From: Vicugna vicugna | Taxonomy: Eukaryota | NCBI GenBank assembly: GCA_013265495.1 | Contig: MU058065.1 | Span: 4,381,003 to 4,445,002, forward strand | Direction: 5' to 3' | DNA length: 64,000 nucleotides | Shown here: positions 27,319-39,460 of the stretch, piece after piece | How the letters are laid out: the number at the start of each line of letters is the position of its first letter | How positions within the stretch are numbered: position 1 is the first letter of the stretch | Translations under genes and position numbers: made by a program | Notes under the pieces: model-generated | Seen by the model: only the letters and a program-made list of their open reading frames with translations | What the model was told of the DNA's origin: nothing | The model's database searches: none

Positions 27319-27454
27319 TTTTTGACATGACCATTTTTTATTGAAATTCTGTCAGAGTAAAAGAATACCAAAAAAAAAAAAAAAGAAATACTCTTAAAGT
27401 AATGGATTTACTTAGTTTTCTCCTCTCTCTCTTATTCCCTTTTCCCTTGAATAC

Positions 27455-27790
27455 TACCGTGTCCCAGAGGCTATGCTAAACCATTTATATATATTATTCC
27501 ATTTAATTTTAACATTTCCTCTATGAGAGGGGTACTACTGATATCCCCATTTATTTACAAGGACGTTGGGTTTTGAGAAGTTGAGGAACTCACATAAGTT
27601 ACCCAACTAGCAATTAGGAGATTGGGGACTCAGGTCTGTCTGACGCTAATACACAAAACCTAGTTTTGGAGTTACAAGTATATACTTGCATATACACGTT
27701 CTCCAGAAGGGTTGATGTGATGATTAAATAAGATGATGCATATAAAGTATTCAAAAGTGTCTGACATAATAGATGCTCAATAAAAAGTAG
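27455..27790. mobile_element. Two MIR fragments in opposite orientation
   Basis: 'ccccatttatttacaagga ... ggactcaggtctgtctgac' (antisense) and 'gggttgatgtgatgattaaataagatgatgcatataaag' (sense). Confidence 0.65.
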
Positions 27791-28136
27791 TCTCTGCTCT
27801 CTTACCTCTGGATTTCATTATCCCTGTTGAACTGAGTTGAAATCAACATGGAAAAAAATCAATTCTATTTGGCATGGGAATAGCACAGCTAATTGGATTT
27901 AGAGGCAAAAGTCACAGGAATTCCTTCTTTCTAAGAGTAGTTTAGAAAGATTAGTGAGTGGATCATCTGTGCTTTTCTTGCCTATGATGGTTAAAGTTGG
28001 TTCTTAGCCATCCACATGCTCCAGCCCAGTCTCAGCTGGAAATAAGGATGAACCTTTGTGAGATGGATGATTGTAGTTAAAGGCCCAGGTCGTGGCTATG
28101 GAAAAGACATTTGGTTATTTGTTTGTCAAAGCTCGC

Positions 28137-28206
28137 TGACTCCTAGGGGACAACTCCCTGACTTTGGCATTATTAGCACGTGCTCTAAACAGCTAAGCTA
28201 ATTGTC
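28137..28206 (-). pseudogene. Decayed tRNA-Ile(AAT)-derived sequence (tRNA pseudogene or ancient tRNA-SINE head)
   Basis: Minus strand gacaattagcttagctgtttagagcacgtgctAATaatgccaaagtcagggagttgtcccctaggagtca aligns to mammalian tRNA-Ile-AAT; anticodon loop intact, B box destroyed. Confidence 0.75.
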
Positions 28207-28851
28207 TTATTAGGATTCCTAAACTCAAATTCAAAAGCTGTAGGCTAAGAAGAGAAGCTACCTGGCTTCACACATGCTTTAGTTAACTTCCTTGATTAGA
28301 TGACTCCTTGAATGACTGGGCTTCTAGGTAATTCATTTTTGTAGTGACAAATTTCTATGTTCTATTGTTTTTATAATGAAAGATTCATTGGATCTAGGAC
28401 TGGACTGAAAAGAAATTAATAGAAAAATCGGAGCTGTGTGCCAAATTCACATACTATGCACTTCTGGGTTGTACAGAGAAGGTAGAGGTTGAATGTTTCA
28501 GCTCTTGCTGGAGGCAGGTCGGGGTGCTGGCCTCTCAGCTGCGGCCCTGGGCACGGGGACAGGTTGATCTTCCGTTCAGACAATTTACCTGTGTTAGATC
28601 TTCAGTAGTCATGCCGAGATTGACCCTTACTTCAGTCAGATTGTCTGCCAGTCCATGCAGATTTAGCCAACCTTGGCAATGGAAAATAGACACAGTCTAC
28701 ACGTTTCCTAGTGTGTATGTAGCCACTGAGTATTTATCTAAATACTGGGGGGAAATCGATCTGAAAAGATTTCTTGACTTGGATATTAAAAATATAACTT
28801 AATGAGATCAGTAGAAAGCACATTTGGTTGGCGTCCTGCACAATTACTGTT

Positions 28852-29170
28852 CTTTTTTTTTTTGTCCTGTTTTACCGAAGTATAATTGACATACAGCAGT
28901 GTGTACATTTAAGGTATGTAGCATAATGATTTGACTTCCAGATACCATGCAATTATTACCACAGTCAGTTTAGTAAATATCCATCTTCTCATATAGATTC
29001 GAAAAAGAAAAAAATATATTTTTTCTTATAGTGAGAACTCTTAGGATCTACCCTCTTAACACCCTTCACATATACCATCACTGTGTCAACTGCAGTTATC
29101 ACAATGTATATTGTGTTCCTAGTGTCTGTACCTTTCATATAACTGGGAGTTTGTGCCTTTTGACCACCTT
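28852..29170 (-). mobile_element. L1 3' end (L1MA-like), antisense
   Basis: T tract, then 'gaagtataattgacatac ... gtgagaactcttaggatctac ... ataactgggagtttgtgccttttgaccacctt'; candidate TSD aattactgtt/aattgctgtt. Confidence 0.85.
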
Positions 29171-30377
29171 AAAATTGCTGTTTTTGTTCTATTTTGGTAG
29201 CAAGTTATTATAAAAACAGGCTTGTGAGCTTTACTGTGGCATTTCTGTTAAGGGTATTCTCGAAGTTATGCCATTCTTTCGTTTTTATGACTTCAAGGTA
29301 AAATCTTCGGCCAATTTTCATATCAAGAATATGTGTGAGTCACCTGAAAAAGTGTTCTTTCGTTATCTTAGGGACACTGGGAACTGTGCCTCAGCTTTAC
29401 CCTTTAAATCGGTAAATAGAAGGCCCACGGCTCAATCTGCAGTGCTCCTGCACAGCTCTCGCGCTGTTTAGCAAAAATCCTTGTCTCACTTTGAGTGATG
29501 CTTATTTTTATTCTTTCGTAAATTCGTGTTTCTTTGTTATAACATCTTTTAACTGTTTCTTTATAAGGCACATTTTTGAGTGTATACTTAAAGGATACCT
29601 GAGAAGAGAGGACAAAATTTGACCACATGGAGATTTGGTACATGCCCAGGAGATGTGCTGCAAATCTCCAGCCCAGTGCCCAAGGCAGACATCATTAATC
29701 AATAACGGTTCTCGTTCCCAGGAAGCCTGGACACCATTTCAAGTGCCTTCTCAACCCGTGCTTCATATAATCACTACCAAATGGTTAACACTGGCACTGG
29801 GAACCCATGTGCCATCTCTGCCTTAGAAGATTTTTCCCACGTAGTGGTTTCTGTTTTTTGTTTTTTTTTTTTTAATGTCCTGGTCCTGCCTCTTACCTCT
29901 ACCTTCAGTAAAATTGCCTTCTGGTTTCCTTAATGTGAAATACAACCTTTACATCTATTAAAAGACAGTAAAATCAAATAGAACTATAATAGCAACAATA
30001 TGTACACTTACAATAATTTAAATAAGTAAGAATCTGTCAGACTGTATCTCTTTTAAGACTGAAAAAAATAAGTTTCTCGTTCCCTTTGGCCCATAAAACC
30101 TCTGACATTTAAGAAGTAGAATGGTAGGGCCATGCCTTCACCCTGAACGACTCTGGTTCTTGAAGTTCGTGGAAACCTTTGTCTAGGTGTGACTTATCTC
30201 AGCCATGTGTTGTGTAAGGAAAATGCTTTCCATATGTCCCCACTGCTTCATGGCCAAAGCATTCCTGCACAGGTTTGGGGAATGCTTCCCATAGGGTGCA
30301 GTCCCTTGGTTTCAAGTCATGAATAGAAAGACTTCAGGTTGTAGAAAAGAATTTGACTGTCTTTACAGTGTGTATAA

Positions 30378-30416
30378 ACACACACACACACACACACACA
30401 GACACACACACACACA
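30378..30416. repeat. (CA)n microsatellite
   Basis: About 19 AC units with one AG interruption. Confidence 0.95.
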
Positions 30417-31859
30417 AGTGTGCTGGCATGCACATGTATTCTCTTTGTCTTGCAGTGATTTAAAATGGTGTTGGGTCCATTAACCAGTTATGCGTGCTCT
30501 AATGAAAACGCCACATCAGTGTTTAAGTCAGTGTTAGAGACAACACAAATGAGAGTATCAAAGGGGAAATGGTTATAAAAATTTATTTTGGTGTGTGTCT
30601 TAGAAAACCTTAGTGGTCCAAAAATGTTGCTTGCCTTCCTGTATTTCCAGCTCCCCAGAGTAATGGCCCATTCCAAAGCCAGGCAATTTTGAAAATTAAA
30701 AACATATTTTATTAATAGCTCAAATACAGGAAGAACACAACAGCCCTTCCTGGTGATGTAATTGAACCTGATGATTTGAATTAAGAATATGCTAACATCT
30801 GGTAGTACCACAAACATGGCCTATTAGAAACAAGATTGGCTAGTCTCTGAAGTCACATTCATATTTTTAATATGTATTTTAGAAACAAGAAGTCTGTTTC
30901 CCCAATAGAAATCTATATAATTAAAAAAAAAGTTTGGCTTTAAGGCTGTGTTCAAGCTTACAGAGAAGACAGTCATGCCCAAGAGGCTTCTGGAGAGTCC
31001 TGCATATCAGACATGGGGTGAAGACAGAAAATTCCCTTCTCTGCTGTTATGTCAGCATGTTTCCACCAGGTCAGAACCAAAGTAATGTATATTTTTCAGC
31101 ATGATACAATTTGGGATAAAGTAGATAGGTAAGTCATTAGATATAAAGTTAAACTGAGCCAGGAACTTTAAACAGCTCCCTTAACGTGTTGTTATTAAGA
31201 CATTGTCAACCTTGAAAGGAATTAAATGGTATCGTGGCAATTTGAATTGTTTGCTTTTACATGCACACACTTAAGAAAAAAAAAGAGAGAGAGAGAGAGA
31301 AAGAAAATGAAAAAAAAATTTCTTTCATTTCAATTATCACAAAAATCCTCGGCAGGGGTTTTCATTTGATAAATGCAAAAAGAGAACCTAATAACAGCCT
31401 GCTTTGTTCCAAAATTAGGAAAGGAAAAAGGTGGGAACGAGCATATTTCATAGTTCTTAGAAAAAGGACAACTGTTTTCAGAACTGAAAATTACAGACAA
31501 TTTTTTGTCCAGAGCATGGAAAACTACTGGAAGGGTTATAGAAGTTGTTCCAAAGGGGGCTTCCAGCACCACTGCCCCAGCTTTGGTTGTTTTTTTGCTG
31601 TTGTTTGGGTTCCCCCACCAACTCATAGCAAATGTTCTTAAGAAGAAGGCTGTCCTCAAGAACAAATATATCTCAACAATTTTCTTTCCAGAGAATGTGC
31701 TCCAAGAGTCTCCTCTTTACATTTTTCTATCATGGAACTCTCCAGATCTACCTGGGTTCCAGATCAGAGCCATTCATCACCCTTTGTCTAGCTAAGAGAG
31801 CACCTTTCAGTTGCAAAATAAATAGGTCCACATTCATTTGTAGAGGAGAGTTTATGTTT

Positions 31860-33510
31860 TGTAATTTTTAAAAAAATTTTATATGGTATCAAAATTTCAG
31901 GAAAAAAATGCAAGAAAAGGAAAAAGAAATTGGTGTGTTACTTATCCATTGTTTATAGTTTGCTGATTTTGCTTTCTTATCCTCTCTCTCTCCATAGATA
32001 CACACACAGATGCACAGGCACACATATGCACATTATATTCTTTCTTTGGAAACATTTTAGAGCCAATGTTGTGGCTCCAGTTCCAAACCAACATCACAGG
32101 AGTTTGCCATCTTCCATATTTGTGACTCCCTTCTCCAAAAGTAAGAAACTTGGCTCCCATTACCCTTAATATAAATACTCATTTGCTCAAGTTTAGAACA
32201 CATGGAAAGCAGCTTCAGAACTGTTAATCATATTACTGCAAGATACAAACTCTCCAGATTTCCGATTTGTTCAGTTTCTTTGAAGTGTAATTTGCATACA
32301 GTGGAGTGAGAAAGTCTTAAGTATACAATTTCATGAGTTTTGACAAATGTATATTCTTATTTATCCACACTACTACCAAAATATAGAACTGTTCTATCAG
32401 TTTGTTTGCTTGCTAATCAATCCCACTCCAAAGCAAATTAACCTAAAGTAAATAGAATAAATGAGAGAATGAAGGTAGGACTAGAGATCGATAGAGCAAA
32501 AACCGGACAAACAATAGAGAAAAATCAACAAAACCAACAGCTGAATCTTTGAACATCTCAACGAAATTGATAAATCCCTAGCCAGACTGATCATTATTAG
32601 GAACAGAAGAGGAGGTATGAGTAACTATCTTTAAGATACTAAAAGATTACAAGGGAACATTGTGGACAGTGTGTTGCAATTTAACTGGTCTGTACAGATG
32701 GAATGAACACATCCTTTCAAAGACCCAAATTAACAATACTGACACGAGAAGAAACAGAAAAGCAGAATAGCCTCTATATCTGTTAAGGAAATTGAATGCA
32801 CAATTTAAAACCTTCCCGCAAATAAATCCCTGTCATTTCGTGGTGAAGTGAAACCGTTAAGTAAAGAAAAGTACAAATCTTAGATAAACGTTTATTTTTC
32901 ATTTTATTATAAAATAGAGGAAGAAAGTCATCTTATTTAATCATATTAGGGCAAAAAACTCTGATACCAAAGCCAGACAAATACATTATAATTAGTCTAT
33001 AGCCTAATATCCTTTAGAACAAAAAATAATGTAAAAATATATAATAAGAATAAATGGGATTTATTTCAATGGCTTAACATCTGAAAAGCAATTAATGCAA
33101 TTTACTTTATTACCAAGATAAAAGGGAAAAAAATTTACTATTAACCCAATAGATGGCAGAAAAAACATTTGGCAATATTTGCCCATTTATGATTTAAAAT
33201 TTAAAAAAACCCTCAACAAAATAGGAATTTCTGATAAAGAACTTACAGAAAACCTACAGATGGTGCTATATTTAATATTGAAAGACCGAAACTCGTGGCA
33301 TACTGTAAGAATGGAAACTGTGCAAAGTTGTCCACTTTCAAAACTAGAACTGGCAAAACAACCTATGGTGATAGAAGTCAGAAGAGTGCTTGCTGGGGAA
33401 ATGGCTAGGATTGACCTAGAAGGGGCATTAGAAAGCTCTGGTAGGGATGTGTGTTCCATAGATGTATTTGTTCCAATCCATGCATTTTGTTGTATGTAAA
33501 TTATATTAAT
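31860..33510. mobile_element. Cluster of old L1 fragments (antisense 3' ends about 31860-32430; sense ORF2/3' end about 32430-33510)
   Basis: Sense ORF2 motifs 'aaaatcaacaaaacc', 'aaattgataaatccctagccagactgat', 'ctgataccaaagccagacaaa', 'caatagatggcagaaaaaacatttg'; 3' end 'ctatggtgatagaagtcagaagagtg'. Confidence 0.75.
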
Positions 33511-33619
33511 TGCTAATCTGCATTCAGTATTCTGCTGTCTCTTCTCTTAAGCGATTCAGTTTTTTGAGTTTTTACTTTGTATTTTGATGATTATAGCTAT
33601 ACTTTCCCATATTCCTTAA

Positions 33620-34091
33620 CGTGGTAGGTAAAATTTTATAATCTGGAATGACCCACACTCTTATATAATCCTCTCTCTTTGAGTGTGAGCGGGACCTATA
33701 ACTTGCTTCTAACCAGAACACTGCAAAGGTGATGGGCTATGAATCCTGCGATTATGTTACATTATATAGCAAAGATGAAGAGATTTTGTGGAAGTCATTA
33801 AGATCCCTAATCAATTGATTTTAAGTGAATCATAAAGAGATATTTCTGGGTGGCCCTGATGCAATCAGATGAATCCTTAAAAAAGGGTCAAGATGTCAAA
33901 AATCCCAAGCTCCAGATAAGATGCTAACCCCAGTGGACACCCTGGATGCAGCCTTGTGAGATTTTGAGCAGAAGGTCAGGATAATTGTATCTGGACTCCT
34001 GACTCATTAAAAATGTAAGTTAATAAGTATATGTCATTTTACGCTCCTAACTATGCGGTAGTTGGTTATTCAGCAATATAAAACAAATGCA
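33620..34091 (+). mobile_element. MLT1 (MaLR) solo LTR
   Basis: 'tttgagtgtgagcgggacctataacttgcttctaacc ... gcagccttgtgaga ... cagcaatataaaacaaatgca'; perfect 5-bp TSD cttaa (33615-33619 / 34092-34096). Confidence 0.9.
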
Positions 34092-37000
34092 CTTAATAGT
34101 ACTTCGTATTTAATATATGTGATGCCTCTTGGATTTCTCTCCATTTATTCTTTGAATTTCTTTTCCCCATAGGAGACAGACTTCCTCCTTACTGAGTTTT
34201 GTGTCTATCTCTCATGTGGTTAGTTTCCTTCCATTTCTAATTATTTGGGCTTATAATTTTTATCTTTGTATGGGATTCAACTTGATCACTGTTAGTGGTT
34301 GGAGGTTTTATTTTTAGTGCCCTGCATTAGCAATTGGGGCTTAAGCTGTTACACAAGAGAAGGGGCAGGGTGTAGGTCAAGATTCTTTTCTGGATATGGG
34401 ACACTCTCTTCCTTCTAGGGAGTTATCTGGGTCACCTAGCCACGACCTGCTCAGCGGGGCTTTTATATCAAGACCCCCACTTCAGAGAGCAGTGCTCAGA
34501 GGATGCTGGAATTAGCTCCCATCCTCCTAGTTTAAAGCAGCTGCCAGCGTCTACAGTGGTTTCAGGGTATTCAGTATCTCTTAGTCTAGCACCAACACTC
34601 AGCCTAGTCTCCCTCCCAGCTGTGCTATCCCTCGCCCCTCCTTTTTTAAAAAGAAAATATTTCTCTAGTGCTGAAATGGAGAGAAAAGAAAACATCATTG
34701 CTTCGTGGTTGGCAGAAGAGGAGCAAGACTGTCCAACTATTTTATGTGCTGTTCTTTAATTACTTCCTCTGATAATTGCCCGATGCCTTTGTCTTGCTCT
34801 GGACCTATGTGTTCCTGAGCCTGGGTTATTCCCGGAATTTCTGGAAGATCTTTCTCTTGAGTATGTGTGTCAGTTTGGGGTTTCTCTGCTCCTGCTTATC
34901 TGTGAATATGAGCCTCTCAGCTTCTCATCTCAGGAGTTTTTCAATATCTCTGGTACAGCTAATGATGGTTTCCTTGTTTTCAAGCATTGATGTGAATTTA
35001 TGTCATCTTTTCCTTTTTTTTTCATCTTTGAGGCAGGGGAGAGGTGCTTTTTATCCATTCTGTTGTTATGTTCTCATCTTTGAGGTAGTCAGATAACATG
35101 ATCGGAAAATGTTATTAATCAAAAAAATGAGATTCAAAGATGCCTACCTGGCTTACCCAGGTTTACTCAGCCCGCAAGCTGTATAAGCCAAGACTGAGCT
35201 TACATCATCTAACTCGTCATGGAGTGTTTTCTTGTCTCTCATTAGGACCCAAATTATGAATGCTAACGTGATGGAACATCTTTTCTTAGACACATGAGAA
35301 GCATTTATTGTGTACTTATATATGAAGGCAATCATCTTGAAATTCTGGGAAACTATGTAGTGAATCATACTTCGGTGACTCTTCTAGGAATATGAACTTT
35401 AATATCACTGCAATTCAGTGTGGCATGTGTGTTTGCTACCATAGTTTCATATTTTCCCATATCACATAACAGTCATTCACACACACCCTCAAATAAATAA
35501 GCTAGCCCTTAGAGGGATGTGCACGCATGCTCACATAGGTGGGGACTGACAGCTTTCTTGTAGGGGAAGATGATTGTACTGACCCCAAGCCTCATCATTG
35601 TCTTTCTCAATGTCAGTTCCATCATTTGCGTTGGAATTTTCATTTGTATGGTCATCTTGAGTGGGAACTTTTCTCTCTCTCTGACTAATTATTCCTGCCG
35701 AGTCATTTTTATAGTTGTCTCCACTTGGTCTCATTCATTCTCAAATCAGTACAAATCCTGTCTTGGTGGATTGGGAGGGTCCCATGCCGCACTGGCTTTT
35801 GTGAAAATTGACGATCTGGTTACTGGACTGGGGGTCTCTGCTCCCTTCTGTCCTCTTTCTGTGGGTAAGAGGCAACTTCACACGGCCCTGGGGAGAATGT
35901 GCTTATTGTCTGAGCTCTTCTCCAGACTTTTGCCTAGCATTCCGAGCCTGGTGCTGATGCATCCTACGACATGGGCTCCTGGTCTCTGTTCTCCATGTGG
36001 GTGCCAGCAGGTCCGAGGCTCCATTCTTCCTGCTCCCAGCTGTGTGAGTTGGTCTCCTCATTCTATTGCTGATCCAAGAAGATGTCTTCAACTGGATCTT
36101 CTTGATTTTATGTCTTCCATTGGACCAACTACTCAGTAATCATTTTCTTCTCATCTTCTCTTTTGAGTGACAAGAGGAAAAGTTCACTGTGATTCTTATG
36201 AAAGTAATCTATAATTAATTTATTCATGTCAGTAAATGTTTAACAGCAGGACTAACACGCTTTCAAATCACACTTTGCGCTAGCCAGCTCAAGGGCCGGA
36301 CGGATGCCAAAATATTTTTCATTTGTGTTTTTGGTATTCCATATTTGCTAAATATGAGGCAGTATGTGATATATTTACATATATATGATGAGCACGAATC
36401 AAAACATTTCCTTCTGATTTTCTTAATTGCTTGTGGAAGGAGAAATGTCTTTAATCTTGTTTGTAAATGATGTTTAATTTTCTTAGCGTTAATTGGTGGC
36501 AATACGAAATGCTCTTCATTGGTAAAACTCATCCAGGAAGATCTTATTTACGGGTTTAATATCCTTAGTTAATGATTCTGGCACCTGGAGCTATTCTCTC
36601 ATATGACTTAACTCAAGCGGTAATACTAGTGAGGTGAGTTGTAATTTAAAGACCTGCATAGTCTAAGGGGAAAAAAATCGTCGGGGAATGAATTACTCCA
36701 ATCAATTTTTAGCAAAACATTCTTATGGGTAGCAATCAGACGTTTTTCATAAACACGTCCTGCAAGGCTAAACTAGACTTTTATGAAGAACAAGGAAACA
36801 TGTTAGATCAAGAGAAAATGATAATTGCATGAGTTATTGGAATAAAATTACATAGGTGATAACAGCGTTTTATAATAAAAGGCTTAGAAGTGAAAAATTG
36901 GAATTGATATTCTTTTTTATATAAATATTGCCCACCTCTACCTCACGTCAACCCTCACACCATTTGCAAAAGGTTAAAAGAACCCTTTCAAATTGTGTTT

Positions 37001-38479
37001 ACACTGGTATTTAAAATAAGGAAAATACCCTCATGATTGGAATCATGGAGATTTGTGACTAGGGTTCTTTTGATGAAAGGTTGATCCGGCCACACACAGT
37101 GCAAAGCAAGAGCTCAACAGGCAATCACACAACAGCCTTTCTTCAAACACTGCCCCTTACACGTCATAAACACACATCCAGGTCTGCGTAGGACACAAGG
37201 TAGGAGGGAGGGACAGCTGACTTTAATCAAAGGTTTCCAGCGTGCTAGATAATAAGTTTTTGAAAATGCAGGCGGCATAGGAACTTTTACTCTTGTATCA
37301 TGCATTTCTTTTCATAGAAATAAATCTTATATCTGCTTTCCCTCTTCATTTACCTCCTTGCTTCCTTGGATTCAGGAGGATATGACTTACGATGCTCTCA
37401 GGAAACTTTTTTTAACTTGGAAATAAGTGATCTGATTAGCCTTATCATTATTTTGTCCTGCCTAATTCAGATGTTATTGGTGCCCATAAATTTACATGGA
37501 CATTTTATTACCCAGCTTTCCTGTTGGAGTGAAAAACTACTCTTCGATTAATTGTTGATTGCTACAGTTTTTGAACAGTTTTGTGTATGCCTGCCAAAAA
37601 AAAAAAAGAAAAAGAAAACACAGAAAGAACACTCAATAATAAATTGTTCCACATAAGGATAGCACTAGTGATGCACAGAACATGTGTAAAGTGTTTTATC
37701 ATTTGTTACTATGTCATTGTTATTGTCACGAAAGTCATAATTAGACTTAAAGATCAAATACCACGATGAAAATGGTGCAGACCAGTGAACAGAGATGTAT
37801 CGCTTTGGGAAAAACATATTTATTTATAAAACAAATTGCAGGGGAGCAGAGAATCCAGAGAGGAGAGAACCTTTTCCTAAGTATTTTGAAAAATGTATCG
37901 TCTCACAGAGGCAGAGCGTGCACTGACACAGAATATTTGTTGCAAGTTGAAGGTGCAGTTGGGTGTGCATTCATTTCAAAATAACAGCTGTAGTTGAACA
38001 AGGACAGCATAACCCCTTTGAATCTGGACTTGAAAATGAGTAGAAAGCAGTTTTCAAATACAAATTCACTTTGTCATTGATCTGGGTCGCAAAGAATAAT
38101 GCAAGTTATTTGCTCCAAGTCGATCAGTTGCTCCCGGTCCACGTGTCTGGCAAGTGAACACAGGAAGCAATGGTATCTTGTACTCAGTCCATTGCTCCTT
38201 AATGCAAAACTGTATTCAAATAGGATTATAAGTACTAATATTGCTCTGGAAACCAGTAGGTGACAAGATTAAAATAAAGCAGCATACTTCTGTGATGAAA
38301 GGGTAAAACGATAAAATGTAAGAGCTGGAAGAATTCTTTGAGGTGTCCTAGCCCCGCAGAGTGTGTTCTGCAGACACAGAATGTTCGTTGAGGAATAAGC
38401 AGGAAAAAAAAAAAGAAAAAAAGACTAGACAGAAGATAGGGACCGTTTCTGTGCAGCTTAAGAAAAGGTTGCTTAAACT

Positions 38480-38673
38480 TTTTTTTTTTTTAGGCTGTGA
38501 GACTGTTCGTTTTATTTTATTTTTTAAATGGGCTTTATTTTTTAGAGCAGTTTCAGGTGTACAGCAGAATTGAGCAGAAAGTGCAGAGTTCCCACATAGC
38601 CCTCCCCCCTCACACATGTATACTCCCCGACCCTCAACATCTCTCATCAGTGTTGCGTATTTGGTACAATTAA
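38480..38673 (-). mobile_element. Short L1 3' end, antisense, with 10-bp flanking direct repeat
   Basis: 'tttttagagcagtttcaggtgtacagcagaattgagcagaaagtgcagagttcccac'; tgcttaaact at 38470-38479 and 38674-38683. Confidence 0.8.
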
Positions 38674-39334
38674 TGCTTAAACTCTTAAACTTACTTCTTG
38701 ATTGCAAGATTTTTCAAGCCCTTGAATAGACAAGTGCATTTTGAGTCTCTAAAAGAGAAAATTCCTGAAGATTTAGCACGCGTACGTGCAAATGCAGCCA
38801 ATATGCACATGCGTATGTATGCTCGCCTGTGAGAACAAATGTTCTGTAGGAAATGCTTTAAAAATTCTATTGTCATTTGACATCCCTGTCTTTGAAGGAA
38901 GGAAACTAGGACTGAAGCCGTTGATGGCACAACCCATGGTGGCTGAGCTGTGCGGTGGCTGAGCTGGTCCTCCAGCTCAGGTACCAATAATCCAGGATGC
39001 TCTTCTCTGCTTTGTGCTGTAAGAGGAGGATGCAGACTGTGACACCCACGGCCTGAGTAGAACAGGTGATGGCTGACAAAGTTCTACATTATGGACCGAA
39101 ATAGTCATCCCATTGACCTGCTGACATGCCAAGAATGTCTTAATTCTTTAAGGGTCTCTTAGGGGAATAGGGTTTTTAGTTGAGCTTCAGCAGGAAATAA
39201 TTGGGGAGAATCCTCTGGTTAGCCAATTTAGAGTATTTTCACCACTGGTATCTAGAACTGGAAAAAGAAGGGGCAGAACTGGTCTCCTCTGAGGAGTGTC
39301 CACCAGCTTTAAAGCGAGAGATTAGGAGAAGCCT

Positions 39335-39460
39335 GGGTGAGCGCCCCCGGACATCTTGTTGAACTCAGCAGGTCTGGGTGGGAGCGGGGCCTGAGAGGCT
39401 GCATTTTTACCAAGCTCTCAGGTCCAGCTCCTGTCGCTGGTTTCTGGGACTATACTTCTG
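39335..39460. mobile_element. MER5A-like fragment
   Basis: 'cagcaggtctgggtgggagcggggcctgagaggctgcatttttaccaagctctcaggt'. Confidence 0.7.

Noticed and set aside
34829..34837. Perfect GAS motif TTCCCGGAA
   Set aside because: Single 9-mer in probably old L1-derived sequence; compatible with chance
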